From an uncultured Clostridia bacterium (GTDB lineage: Bacteria; Bacillota; Clostridia; TANB77; CAG-508): a DNA stretch of 62,597 nucleotides. The stretch lies in contig CAUWKC010000005.1 in the NCBI GenBank assembly GCA_963559365.1, forward strand, positions 1 through 62,597, written 5' to 3'. This document shows positions 1-9,942 of this stretch, piece after piece (the first letter of the stretch is position 1; every line of letters starts with the position of its first letter). Position numbers and translations under genes: made by a program. The notes below the pieces were generated by a model that made no database searches, was not told the origin of the DNA, and worked only from the letters and a program-made list of their open reading frames with translations.

Positions 1-2
1 TA

Positions 3-353
3 GTAAAAAGTGCAATGAGTTCAGGAATCCAATGGGATATGGTAATGCACTTTGTAGACCAAGAAAATGATGCTGAAGGAAATTTATTTGATGTAAGAGA
101 GTATGTCGAAACAAGACATACGGGAAGTATAGCAGAAACAGGAAAAAATAATGATGATAAAGTACAAAACATATACGATTTAGAAGGTAATTGTTTTGAA
201 TATGTAGCAGAAAAAAACACTGGTAGCAATCCGATTGTTACTCGTGGAGGCATTTGCACCAAGCTCCGCTACTTTGTATCTAGTTTACGTCGCACCGGCA
301 CTGACGCTGCTGGCAGCGGCGATACTTTCCGCCCCACACTTTATATCATGTAG
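3..353 (+). CDS. 5'-partial protein ending in an FGE-sulfatase/C-type-lectin-fold-like domain; candidate DGR target
   Basis: Frame is open from the window start (VKSAMSSGIQWD...). Motifs NIYDLEGNCFEY, RGG and FRPTLY* resemble CLec-fold DGR target C-termini (family recognition). Confidence 0.6.
   Translation, partial: VKSAMSSGIQWDMVMHFVDQENDAEGNLFDVREYVETRHTGSIAETGKNNDDKVQNIYDLEGNCFEYVAEKNTGSNPIVTRGGICTKLRYFVSSLRRTGTDAAGSGDTFRPTLYIM
231..353 (+). other. DGR variable-region-like segment
   Basis: GC rises abruptly; 15 consecutive codons at 291-335 end in C/T (10 in C) in a genome that prefers A/T endings. Confidence 0.5.
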
Positions 354-368
354 AGCTGAATGCTGTGA

Positions 369-395
369 AAACCGAAGCTTAAAAAATAAAATTGG
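369..395 (+). repeat. 27-bp target-site duplication, left copy
   Basis: AAACCGAAGCTTAAAAAATAAAATTGG is identical to 1981-2007. Confidence 0.9.
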
Positions 396-1980
396 TGTCA
401 ATCATTTTTGAAAATGTCTCAAAATTTTTTAAACATTAGCACTAATTTTATTAAAAATTAGTGCTAAAATTTTAGATTAAGAGACTTTTTCTAAATAATG
501 TTCTTGCTTGTGAATAAAATCTTCAAAAAGTTTTTGCTTCCAAGGATGAGTCATTGGTGGAATATAAACTCTTTTGGTTTCTGTTTCTACAATTTCATCA
601 AAATTTTCAGATAGAGCTTGAACTTCTGGAATTTCCTGTAAAGCAAATACAGTATCATTAACTGTAGCATAAAGTTTGTTATCAAAGGATTTAATAACAA
701 TACAAGTTGTACCATGGTTAAAATAAATAGGTGTATTTACACGGTTTACTAATCTGTAATATTTGTTATTGAATTTAATAGAATGACCTTTGTCAATTAC
801 TCTTTTTGTTAAAACAGCCAATATTAAATTAATTTTTTTCTCATCTAGTTGCTTTTCAAAGACAGATTTAGTATTATTAATACATAAAGCAAACTGTTTG
901 TTGAATTTTTTAATATATTCCTTTAAGAGTAGGTTAGCTTGTTCAATTGAAGTGATGTTGGCTAATCTAAGTTCTTGAGGTAAACGTTGTTGCAAGGTTT
1001 GAAAAGCCCTTTCAATACGAGGTTTAAATTCAGGAACAGAGCTTGTTTCAAGCTGAATGCCTAATTGGGAACAGGCATAAGCAAATTGAGTAAAGGTATC
1101 TTCTTCGAGCAGAGAAGAGCCTTTTCTTTTGTATTCAAAAACAGTTCTCTTATCTGTTTTAAATTTGTAAGGTATGCCATATTTTAATAGAATTTGTTTA
1201 GTAATGTTGTAATAACCATTTAAAGTTTCTTGATTATCAAAATAAAGAGCAACTAAAGTACCAGTAGAGTCATCAATAGCAGCATGTAAAGCTGTTTTAG
1301 TATTACCAAACCAAAGATGAATACAAGCGTCCATTTGAATTTCTTCTCCAAAATATTGGCATCTAGGTTGTCTAGGATGAGCATCTTCTACAGCAACAAT
1401 ATTTGCCTGTATATTAGCTTTTTCAGTTTTTGATTTAGCTTTTTGTTGTTCTAGTAGTAATTGTTTTCTAAGACGTTTTCTGGTTGATTTATGGCTTCTA
1501 GGAGATAATATATATCTATCCCTTAAAAGAACTCTAACCTCATCAATAGAAACAAAAATATTTTCTCTTTCAGCAAGAAATTCAGTAAAAACCGTATAGT
1601 TACAATCGTAATATTTAGATAAATATAACTGTTCTATTTCATTTTTTAATTCGAAAGATAAAGCTTTTGCAGGAGCTCGTCCACGATTTCCATGAACAAA
1701 AAATTGTTTTCCTTTAGATTTGTAACCGGCAATCATTCTATCAATTGTTCGAATAGAACAATCAAGCTTAATAGCAGCTCTTTTCTTGTTTTCATTTGTT
1801 TCTATTAATTTTTTAATAGTTAAATATTTAATTTCTTCTTTCATTCTTAACTCAACTTTCTTCATATGTTCTCCTTAAATTTAAATGATGTTTTAATTAT
1901 ATCATTTAAGAGAACAATTATTTTTTAGTTGAGACATTTTCTAAAATGAATTATTAAGACAATATCATAAATGAATTAGA
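396..1980 (-). mobile_element. IS1202-family (ISNCY-type) insertion sequence, 1,585 bp
   Basis: Imperfect 23-bp terminal IRs (396-418 vs 1958-1980, 17/23 matches), a single DDE transposase and a 27-bp flanking direct repeat. Confidence 0.85.
477..1865 (-). CDS. DDE transposase, IS1202/ISNCY type
   Basis: N-terminal HTH (HGNRGRAP) and rve-like core: QMDA, IDDSTG, TDKRTVF, PEFKPRIERAFQTLQ. Confidence 0.9.
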   Translation of the reverse strand: MKKVELRMKEEIKYLTIKKLIETNENKKRAAIKLDCSIRTIDRMIAGYKSKGKQFFVHGNRGRAPAKALSFELKNEIEQLYLSKYYDCNYTVFTEFLAERENIFVSIDEVRVLLRDRYILSPRSHKSTRKRLRKQLLLEQQKAKSKTEKANIQANIVAVEDAHPRQPRCQYFGEEIQMDACIHLWFGNTKTALHAAIDDSTGTLVALYFDNQETLNGYYNITKQILLKYGIPYKFKTDKRTVFEYKRKGSSLLEEDTFTQFAYACSQLGIQLETSSVPEFKPRIERAFQTLQQRLPQELRLANITSIEQANLLLKEYIKKFNKQFALCINNTKSVFEKQLDEKKINLILAVLTKRVIDKGHSIKFNNKYYRLVNRVNTPIYFNHGTTCIVIKSFDNKLYATVNDTVFALQEIPEVQALSENFDEIVETETKRVYIPPMTHPWKQKLFEDFIHKQEHYLEKVS

Positions 1981-2007
1981 AAACCGAAGCTTAAAAAATA
2001 AAATTGG
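1981..2007 (+). repeat. 27-bp target-site duplication, right copy
   Basis: Identical to 369-395. Confidence 0.9.
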
Positions 2008-2036
2008 TTGACAATTTAGAAAAATAAAAGTATAAT
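2008..2036 (+). promoter_or_regulatory. Consensus sigmaA promoter
   Basis: TTGACA-17 nt-TATAAT. Confidence 0.8.
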
Positions 2037-2078
2037 AAATATGTATTATACTTTTATTTTGAAAAGGAGAAAATCGTA

Positions 2079-2240
2079 ATGTTAAAAAAACACTGGAAAA
2101 GGATTGGTATGATTATCTTAATTGTTGCTTGTGTTTTCAATGTTATGGGAAAATTGGTAAACAAATTATCCTTAAACAAAGAAATGTTATATTCTGCTGA
2201 ATATATGCAAGAGCAACAAAATGAACAAAATCAAAAATAA
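2079..2240 (+). CDS. 53-aa small membrane protein (not in ORF track)
   Basis: AAGGAG RBS; MLKKHWKRIGMIILIVACVFNVMGKLV...; lies downstream of a consensus promoter. Confidence 0.6.
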   Translation: MLKKHWKRIGMIILIVACVFNVMGKLVNKLSLNKEMLYSAEYMQEQQNEQNQK

Positions 2241-2318
2241 TACTTGAAAAAACAAAAAAAATATGTTATTATAAAAAACAGTCGAATTATTGAAACACGA
2301 GAAAGAGGTGAACTGAAA

Positions 2319-2519
2319 ATGAAAGAAGGAATCCATCCAAACTATAATCAAACTACAATCACATGCGCTTGTGGTAATGTATTAGAAGTAGGATCTACAA
2401 AAAAAGATTTAAAAGTAGATGTATGCTCTAAATGTCATCCATACTGGACAGGAAACTTAAGACAAGAAACAGTTGGTGGAAGAGCAGACAAATTCAAAAA
2501 GAAATATGGATTAGCATAA
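2319..2519 (+). CDS. rpmE: 50S ribosomal protein L31, Zn-binding type
   Basis: MKEGIHPNY...CACG...[19 protein letters not shown] supports a start at 2319 rather than 2244. Confidence 0.95.
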   Translation: MKEGIHPNYNQTTITCACGNVLEVGSTKKDLKVDVCSKCHPYWTGNLRQETVGGRADKFKKKYGLA

Positions 2520-2538
2520 GTAAAAAAAGTGAGCTGAA

Positions 2539-3216
2539 CTATTTGTCAGCTCCTTTTTGTATTTTTTGAATATCTTTATCAGTTATATAATCATAAACAT
2601 CTAATTTTATTTTTTCATTAGTTAATGGTAAAAGAATAATACCTTTTGGTGTCAAAAATATAGGATAATTAAAATTAGTAATTGATAATTCTACATTTCC
2701 ATTATTATTTGAATCATAACCATATCCAATCTCTGTAAAAAGATTATTTTCATCTTTTGTAAATAATAAAACATAAGGTCTAAAAATATTATCTGTATCG
2801 AGAATTTCGAAAGTAGCTAAATATAAATCTTTTAATATAATGGTTTCTAATGTTAATTTTTTTATATATTTAATATCTAAAAGGTTCATTTTTCTACTAT
2901 CTTCATGCATGTAATTATAATCTGGTAATTGATGTACAGGGATACGTTCAAAGCCATTTACAAAATACAAATTTAAAGTATTTCCTAAATCATAATCTAT
3001 ATAAGTCTGCATATCTAGCTTTCCCCATAATGTAAGTAAATTTGTATCATATTTTTTCTTTTTATTTTCGTTTAAAAGTTCTTGAATATATAGAGATTCA
3101 TAATAAGAATAGTCAACAGTTTTAGCAAAACGTCCTTTTCTATATATTTTAGTATAATTATATTGATAAATTCTTTTACTATTATCTGATTTTAATAATG
3201 AATCAAATTTTCCCAT
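2539..3216 (-). CDS. Hypothetical protein, 225 aa
   Basis: Long ORF with GGAGG RBS; no family recognised. Confidence 0.7.
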   Translation of the reverse strand: MGKFDSLLKSDNSKRIYQYNYTKIYRKGRFAKTVDYSYYESLYIQELLNENKKKKYDTNLLTLWGKLDMQTYIDYDLGNTLNLYFVNGFERIPVHQLPDYNYMHEDSRKMNLLDIKYIKKLTLETIILKDLYLATFEILDTDNIFRPYVLLFTKDENNLFTEIGYGYDSNNNGNVELSITNFNYPIFLTPKGIILLPLTNEKIKLDVYDYITDKDIQKIQKGADK

Positions 3217-3327
3217 AAAAATTTCCTCCCTTTTATAAATTATACCATGAAATTAAAAAACTGCAAGAAATTTGTTGCAAACTATATAAAAATGTAATAA
3301 AATAAGCAAGTAATGTGGAGGTTAAAC

Positions 3328-4743
3328 ATGAATACAGAAAATGAAATAAAATTACAAAAACAATATGTAAAAAAAGTACAAGAAATAAACAAGGATAAAT
3401 TATTAAAATATCATATTTTAACTATGGGTTGTCAATTAAATGAAAATGATTCTGAAAAATTGTGTGGTATGTTAGAAGAAATGGGATATATTAAAACACA
3501 GGACAAAAATGAAGCTGATATTGTTTTGTTTAATACTTGTTGTGTAAGAGAAAATGCAGAAGATAAGCTTTTTGGAAATTTAGGAGAACTAAAAAGATTA
3601 AAAGAAGAAAAAGGAATTATTGTAGCTATTGGTGGATGTATGATGCAAGAAAAGCATATTACAGATAAAATTAAACAAAGTTATCCTTTTGTTGATATTC
3701 TATTTGGTACTCATACTTTGCATAAGTTTCCTGAAAATTTGTATAAAGCACTAAGCAAAAAAAAGAAATTAGAAGATATTATAGATATAGATGGAGAAAT
3801 TTACGAAGGATTGCCAATTAAAAGAGATAGCAATATAAAAGCGTCTGTAACTATTATGAATGGTTGTAATAATTTTTGTAGTTATTGTATTGTACCTTAT
3901 GTACGAGGAAGAGAAAGAAGTAGACAACCAAGAGATATTATAAATGAAGTAAAAGAGTTAGCAAAACAAGGATATAAAGAAATTACTTTATTAGGTCAAA
4001 ATGTTAATTCATACTTACGAGTAGAACGAGAAAAAGGAAAATACTTTGAAGAATATGAAGGTGTAAATTCTTTTGCAACTTTATTAAAAGCAATTAACAA
4101 AATAGAAGGAATTCAAAGAATTAGATTTGTTTCTCCTCACCCAAAAGATTTTACAGAAGATGTAATAGATGCAATTGCTACATGTAATAAAGTATGTAAG
4201 TTGGTTCACTTGCCATTACAATCTGGTAACACTAAAGTTTTAAAAGAAATGAATCGTAAATACACTAAAGAACAATATTTAAGCCTAGTAGAAAAAATGA
4301 AAGCCAAGATTCCAAATTTAACATTATCAACAGATATTATTGTTGGATTTCCAGGAGAAACAGAAGAAGAATTTGAAGACACATTAGATGTTGTAAAAAA
4401 AGTACATTTTGAACAAGTTTATATGTTTTTATATTCAAGAAGAGTAGGTACTCCAGGAGATAGGATGGAAAATCAAGTACCAGAAGAAGAAAAACATAAA
4501 CGATTTAATAAGTTAAAAGACTTAGTAGAAAATCAAATTAAAGAAAACAATCAGCATTATGTAGGAACAACACAAAGGGTACTAGTAGAAGGAGAAAGTA
4601 AAAATAATAAGAATTTTTTAACTGGTAGAACCGATAGTAATAAAGTTGTTATTTTTGAAGGAGATAAAAATTTGATTGGTAAAATGATAGATTTGAAAAT
4701 TGTTTCTGAACATATGTGGTATTTAAAAGGAGAAATAAATTAA
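3328..4743 (+). CDS. miaB: tRNA-2-methylthio-N6-dimethylallyladenosine synthase
   Basis: UPF0004 N-terminus (GCQLNENDSE), radical SAM CNNFCSYC, TRAM tail; GGAGG RBS before 3328. Confidence 0.95.
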   Translation: MNTENEIKLQKQYVKKVQEINKDKLLKYHILTMGCQLNENDSEKLCGMLEEMGYIKTQDKNEADIVLFNTCCVRENAEDKLFGNLGELKRLKEEKGIIVAIGGCMMQEKHITDKIKQSYPFVDILFGTHTLHKFPENLYKALSKKKKLEDIIDIDGEIYEGLPIKRDSNIKASVTIMNGCNNFCSYCIVPYVRGRERSRQPRDIINEVKELAKQGYKEITLLGQNVNSYLRVEREKGKYFEEYEGVNSFATLLKAINKIEGIQRIRFVSPHPKDFTEDVIDAIATCNKVCKLVHLPLQSGNTKVLKEMNRKYTKEQYLSLVEKMKAKIPNLTLSTDIIVGFPGETEEEFEDTLDVVKKVHFEQVYMFLYSRRVGTPGDRMENQVPEEEKHKRFNKLKDLVENQIKENNQHYVGTTQRVLVEGESKNNKNFLTGRTDSNKVVIFEGDKNLIGKMIDLKIVSEHMWYLKGEIN

Positions 4744-4763
4744 AAAAAGAAAGGAAGAAATAA

Positions 4764-7382
4764 ATGACAGAATATTCACCAATGATGCAAAGATATCTTG
4801 AAACAAAAGAAGAATATAAAGACTGTATTTTATTTTATAGATTAGGCGATTTTTATGAGATGTTTTTTGATGATGCTGTTTTAGTAGCAAGAGAATTAGA
4901 ACTTACATTAACAGGAAAAGACTGTGGACAAGCGGAAAGAGCACCAATGGCAGGTGTTCCACATCATGCTGCTGAAATGTATATTGCAAAACTTGTAAAC
5001 AAAGGGTATAAAGTAGCTATTTGTGAACAATTAGAAGATCCAAAAACAACAAAAGGAATTGTAAAAAGAGGAGTTATTCGAGTAGTAACCCCGGGAACTG
5101 TTGTAGAAAGCAATATGTTGGAAGAAAGAAAAAATAATTATATAATGAGTATTTTTAAATCTGGTATTTATTTTGGAATTAGTGTATGTGATATTTCAAC
5201 AGGAGAATTTTATACTGCAGAAATAAAAGACAATAATAATTTTCCAATGTTATTAGATGAAATAGCAAGATATACGCCATCTGAATTAGTTATTAATTCT
5301 ATGTTAGAAGAAACCACAGAAGAATTAAATAAAATAAAAGAGAGATTTGAAAATATTTATATTACTAAATTTAAAGATGAATTTTTTACAACTAAAGAGG
5401 CAGAAACTATACCATTACGATTTCAAATTGTTGATACAAACGGAAAAGAAGTAAACAATTTTATGGATAAGACATTATCAATTAGTTCTATTCAAGCATT
5501 AATTGAATATATGACACAAACGCAAAAAACAAGTTTATCACATTTAAATAAAATTGTTATGTATTCGTTATCAAAATATATGTCATTAGATATAAATGCA
5601 AGAAGAAATTTAGAAATTACAGAAAAATTACGAGATAAATCTAAAAAAGGTACCTTGTTATGGGTGTTAGATAAAACTTCTACTTCTATGGGAGCAAGGT
5701 GTTTAAGAAGATGGTTAAATGACCCATTAGTAGATATTAATGAAATTAATAAAAGATTAGAAGCAGTTAAGGAATTGAAAGATGATGTTATGTTAAGAGG
5801 CGATATTGTAGACTCACTAAAAAAAGTATATGATATTGAACGTTTAGCTGGAAAGATGGCTTATGGTAATGCAAATGCTAGAGATATGGTAACATTAAAA
5901 AATTCATTAGCAAGATTGCCAGAAGTTAAGAAAAATTTATCTAATTGTAAAACAGAATTATTAAAAGAATTAAATGAAAATTTAGACGAATTGCAAGATT
6001 TATATAAATTGATTGATACTGCAATTGTAGAAGATCCACCTATGACAATAAAAGAAGGAGGAATTATTAGATTAGGTTATGATGAAGAAATTGACAAATT
6101 AAAAACAGCACAAATAGAAGGTAAAAATTGGTTAATACAATTGGAAGCAGAAGAAAGGAAAAAAACAGGAATTAAAAATTTAAAAATAGGATTTAATAAA
6201 GTTTTTGGATATTTTATCGAAGTAACTAAATCATATTTTGACCAAGTACCAGATAGATTTGTTCGAAAACAAACTTTAACAAATGCAGAAAGATATATAA
6301 CAGAAGAATTAAAAAATTTAGAGAATCAAATTTTAGGAGCAGAAGAAAAAGTTGTAACATTAGAATATAATGCCTTTGTAGAAATTAGAGAAAAAATTTC
6401 GATGAATATTAAACGACTACAAAGAACTAGTGAAGTTGTATCTAATTTAGATGTTTTAGTTTCTTTTGCCGAAGTGGCAGAAGATATGAATTATTGTATG
6501 CCAGAAATGAATAACTTAGGTATTATAGATATTAAAAATGGAAGACATCCAGTTATTGAAAAAATATTAGGACCAGGAGCTTTTGTAGAAAATGATACAT
6601 ATTTAGATAAACAAGAAAATCGATTATCTATTATTACAGGACCTAACATGGCGGGAAAATCCACATATATGAGGCAAGTGGCTTTAATTACTTTAATGGC
6701 ACAAGTAGGAAGTTTTGTTCCAGCAGAATCTGCAAAAATTGGAGTAGTAGACAAAATCTTTACAAGAGTAGGAGCATCAGACGATTTAAGTATGGGACAA
6801 AGTACATTTATGGTAGAAATGATGGAAGTAGCAACTATTCTAAAAGAGGCAACCAGTAATAGTTTAGTGATATTAGATGAAATAGGAAGAGGAACTTCAA
6901 CTTATGATGGTTTATCCATTGCTTGGGCTGTTGCAGAATTTATTAGTGATGCTGAAAAATGTGGAGCAAAAACATTATTTGCGACCCATTATCATGAATT
7001 AACAGAACTAGAAAACAAACTAGAAGGAGTTAAAAATTATTCTATTGCAGTTAAAGAAAAAGGAGAAGACATAATCTTTTTAAGAAAAATTGTAAAAGGT
7101 GGAACAGACGAAAGTTATGGAATCCATGTTGCACGTTTAGCCGGTGTTCCTAAATCAGTTACACAAAAAGCAGATGAAATATTAAGAACATTAGAAAGAA
7201 AAAACATTTTAACAGGACAAAAACAAGAAAAACAAAACAAAAAACAAGTAGAAGGACAATTTGACCTGTACAATTATAAATTAGCAGAAATTGCCCATGA
7301 AATTGATAAAATCAACTTAAATGAATTAACACCAATAGATGCATTAAACATATTAGTTAAAATAAAAGAAAAAATGAAATGA
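4764..7382 (+). CDS. mutS: DNA mismatch repair protein MutS
   Basis: FYRLGDFYEMF, GPNMAGKST, DEIGRGTST, FATHYHEL. Confidence 0.97.
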   Translation: MTEYSPMMQRYLETKEEYKDCILFYRLGDFYEMFFDDAVLVARELELTLTGKDCGQAERAPMAGVPHHAAEMYIAKLVNKGYKVAICEQLEDPKTTKGIVKRGVIRVVTPGTVVESNMLEERKNNYIMSIFKSGIYFGISVCDISTGEFYTAEIKDNNNFPMLLDEIARYTPSELVINSMLEETTEELNKIKERFENIYITKFKDEFFTTKEAETIPLRFQIVDTNGKEVNNFMDKTLSISSIQALIEYMTQTQKTSLSHLNKIVMYSLSKYMSLDINARRNLEITEKLRDKSKKGTLLWVLDKTSTSMGARCLRRWLNDPLVDINEINKRLEAVKELKDDVMLRGDIVDSLKKVYDIERLAGKMAYGNANARDMVTLKNSLARLPEVKKNLSNCKTELLKELNENLDELQDLYKLIDTAIVEDPPMTIKEGGIIRLGYDEEIDKLKTAQIEGKNWLIQLEAEERKKTGIKNLKIGFNKVFGYFIEVTKSYFDQVPDRFVRKQTLTNAERYITEELKNLENQILGAEEKVVTLEYNAFVEIREKISMNIKRLQRTSEVVSNLDVLVSFAEVAEDMNYCMPEMNNLGIIDIKNGRHPVIEKILGPGAFVENDTYLDKQENRLSIITGPNMAGKSTYMRQVALITLMAQVGSFVPAESAKIGVVDKIFTRVGASDDLSMGQSTFMVEMMEVATILKEATSNSLVILDEIGRGTSTYDGLSIAWAVAEFISDAEKCGAKTLFATHYHELTELENKLEGVKNYSIAVKEKGEDIIFLRKIVKGGTDESYGIHVARLAGVPKSVTQKADEILRTLERKNILTGQKQEKQNKKQVEGQFDLYNYKLAEIAHEIDKINLNELTPIDALNILVKIKEKMK

Positions 7383-7410
7383 GACAATAGGGACAGTCCA
7401 ATTTGTCTCA
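7380..7410. terminator. Hairpin between convergent mutS and DUF1836 gene
   Basis: TGAGACAA...TTGTCTCA inverted repeat followed by a T-rich run. Confidence 0.55.
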
Positions 7411-7413
7411 TTT

Positions 7414-7908
7414 TCATTTTTTTAAATAAACTCTTTGTACATATAATTTATTTGCAAAAGATTGTACAACATTTCTTAAAATATATTGTTCATGTGAAAG
7501 TTTATCGTTTTCAATATAATCTTTTCCGCTAAAGGTTAATTGAAGTGCTCTTTCTACTTCTGTACAGAAGCGGTCGTAAGCATTTTCTACAGAAGATGTT
7601 TCAATAGCAAGGCTAATTAATTTTTTAATATCACTAATGCTGTATACTTGTTTTAAAATAGAAATAACAAATAAATAAGCCATGTGTTCTTTATTATATT
7701 TTTTATTAATAGGGGATTTGATTATTCCGTATTTTACATAGTTGTTAATCATAGTTTTTGTTATGATTTTATCATCTTTTTCATTATCGTTTTTTATATA
7801 ACCACTTAAATATTGATCTAATAAAGTTACTAATTGGTCAACATATAAATCAATATTAGAAAGTTCATTCCATCTTGGAATATGAAAATCTTTAATTTCT
7901 TTATTCAT
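7414..7908 (-). CDS. DUF1836-family protein
   Basis: FHIPRWNELSNIDLYVDQ...ITKTMINNYVK...KKYNKEHMAYL; GAGGTG RBS supports a start at 7908. Confidence 0.85.
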   Translation of the reverse strand: MNKEIKDFHIPRWNELSNIDLYVDQLVTLLDQYLSGYIKNDNEKDDKIITKTMINNYVKYGIIKSPINKKYNKEHMAYLFVISILKQVYSISDIKKLISLAIETSSVENAYDRFCTEVERALQLTFSGKDYIENDKLSHEQYILRNVVQSFANKLYVQRVYLKK

Positions 7909-7975
7909 GTTTAACACCTCATATTAGTAATAATATCATGTTTTGAATGTTTAGTCAATTATCTGCCAAGCTTGA

Positions 7976-8098
7976 GGGTCTTTTTTGAGACGGAGAAGTC
8001 TTTTTTGGGACGGAGAAGAAAATGACCATATGCTTTTTGACCATATGGTCATTTTCTTCTCCGTCCCAAAAAAGACTTCTCCGTCCCAAAAAAGACCC
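7976..8098. repeat. Long palindromic element, copy 1
   Basis: 57-bp arms (7976-8032 and 8042-8098, 1 mismatch), 9-nt loop; each arm holds a tandem 20-mer GTCTTTTTTGRGACGGAGAA; CAAGCTTGA occurs at 7967-7975 and 8120-8128. Confidence 0.9.
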
Positions 8099-8182
8099 AA
8101 AAAGACCCAAAAATCCATTCAAGCTTGACAAGATATTAGATATGTGCTAATCTAGTAATCGATACTAGATGGAGGGATAAAA

Positions 8183-9910
8183 ATGGAAAGAGAAAAATAT
8201 TTTGATGCTATTGAATTTGAAAATATTAAGGAGATAATGTATCATGTGGCAAAAGAATATCAGGAGAAAACAGCTTTTATTATAAAACATAAAAAAGAAA
8301 AAGACATAAGTTATGAAAATATAAGTTATACTAGATTGTTAGAAGAAATCAATTATTTAGGAACTAAATTTTATGATTTAGGATATAAAGATAAAAGAGT
8401 TGCAATTGTTGGTAGAAATTCTTATGAATGGGTTGTTTCCCATTTAGCAAATTTGTTAGGAGGAATGGTTAGTATTCCATTAGATAAAGAATTGCAAGTA
8501 GATGAATTAGAAAGTTGCTTGGTTAGAAGTAAAGCAGATGTACTTGTATTTGATCCTAAATATATTGAAAAAATTGAGGAAATAAAAAGAAGAGGAAATA
8601 CGCAAATTAAAAATTATATTTCTATGACAAAACAAGAAGGATATTCTAGTGTCAAGGAGTTAATTGAAAATGGAAAAGAAATATTACAAAATGGAAATAA
8701 GTCATATATTGAAGCAAAAATTGATTCTTATAAAATGAATATTTTATTATTCACTTCTGGAACAACATCAAAATCAAAAGCAGTTATGCTTTCACAAAAT
8801 AATATAGCTTCTAATGTATATAGTATGCAATTAGTAGAAGACCTTAGGAAAGAAGATGTTAATTTAGCTTTTTTACCATTTCATCATATTTTTGGTTCAA
8901 CATGTATGATTGTCATGTTAGCTTATGGAATTACAACAGCTTTTCCAGATGGATTGCGTTATGTGGCACAAAATTTGAAAGAATATAAAGTGTCAGTATT
9001 TATTGGTGTACCATTATTAGTAGAAGCTATTTATAAAAAAGTAGAACAAGGAATTGAGAAACAAGGAAAAACAAAATTAGTAGCTATAGCTAAAAAGATA
9101 AGTAATTTTTTACTAAAATTCCATATTGATATTAGAAAAAAACTTTTTAAAGCTATTTTAGATGAATTAGGTGGACATATGAGATTTGTTATTTCAGGTG
9201 GAGCACCATTAGATAAAAGAGTTGCTCAAGGTTTTAATGAAATAGGAATTAACTTAGTACAAGGATATGGATTAACTGAAACAGCACCTGTAATAGCAGC
9301 TGAAAATTGTAAAAAAATGAAATATGGTTCAATTGGAATTCCTATGGAAAATGTAGAAGTAGAGTTGGAAAATAAAGACGAACAAGGTATAGGTGAATTG
9401 AAAGTAAAAGGACCAAATGTTATGTTGGGATATTACGAAAATGAAGAAGCAACAAAAGAAGTATTAAAAGATGGATGGTTTTATACAGGAGATTTAGGTT
9501 ATTTTGATAAAGAAGGCTATTTATTTTTAACTGGAAGAAAAAAAGATATGATAGTTTTGAAAAATGGAAAAAAAGTATTCCCTGATGAATTAGAAATTTT
9601 AATTAATAGAATTGATGAAGTAAAAGAATGTTTAGTTTATGGAATGCCTGATAATAAGGATAAAAATGACTTAAAATTATCTGTTAAAGTAGTTTATGAC
9701 AAAGAAGTAGTAGATGAAAAATATCAATCAATTTCTTTAGAAGATTTAAAAGATATAATATGGCAAAAAATCAAAGAAATAAACAAAACTTTTCCACCTT
9801 ATAAATATATAAAAAATATGATTTTGACAGATAAGGAATTAATAAAAACAACAACAAAAAAGGTAAAAAGAAAAGAAGAATTAAAACAATTATTAGATAC
9901 TGAAATATAG
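8183..9910 (+). CDS. AMP-binding long-chain acyl-CoA synthetase
   Basis: FTSGTTSKSK, QGYGLTET, GWFYTGDLG. Confidence 0.9.
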   Translation: MEREKYFDAIEFENIKEIMYHVAKEYQEKTAFIIKHKKEKDISYENISYTRLLEEINYLGTKFYDLGYKDKRVAIVGRNSYEWVVSHLANLLGGMVSIPLDKELQVDELESCLVRSKADVLVFDPKYIEKIEEIKRRGNTQIKNYISMTKQEGYSSVKELIENGKEILQNGNKSYIEAKIDSYKMNILLFTSGTTSKSKAVMLSQNNIASNVYSMQLVEDLRKEDVNLAFLPFHHIFGSTCMIVMLAYGITTAFPDGLRYVAQNLKEYKVSVFIGVPLLVEAIYKKVEQGIEKQGKTKLVAIAKKISNFLLKFHIDIRKKLFKAILDELGGHMRFVISGGAPLDKRVAQGFNEIGINLVQGYGLTETAPVIAAENCKKMKYGSIGIPMENVEVELENKDEQGIGELKVKGPNVMLGYYENEEATKEVLKDGWFYTGDLGYFDKEGYLFLTGRKKDMIVLKNGKKVFPDELEILINRIDEVKECLVYGMPDNKDKNDLKLSVKVVYDKEVVDEKYQSISLEDLKDIIWQKIKEINKTFPPYKYIKNMILTDKELIKTTTKKVKRKEELKQLLDTEI

Positions 9911-9912
9911 AT

Positions 9913-9942
9913 AAGAGGGTTCCTATTTTAGGAAACCCTCTT
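9913..9942. terminator. Bidirectional terminator between acyl-CoA synthetase and smpB
   Basis: AAGAGGGTTCCT / AGGAAACCCTCTT stem. Confidence 0.7.

Noticed and set aside
369-395. IS target as a dif/Xer site
   Set aside because: It shows no resemblance to the XerC/XerD arm consensus (e.g. TTATGTTAAA).
2244-2318. N-terminal extensions in the track for rpmE (also miaB, DUF5662, HIT 22044, GNAT 58418)
   Set aside because: Downstream ATGs have proper RBSs and give typical family lengths; the extensions run through promoter or upstream-gene sequence.
4764-7382. mutS not followed by mutL/miaA
   Set aside because: This operon is often split in Firmicutes, and nothing in the window suggests loss of function.
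7380-7410. Hairpin containing GGGACAG as a fourth palindrome copy
   Set aside because: It shares only GGGAC with the family core and is adequately explained as a terminator between convergent genes.
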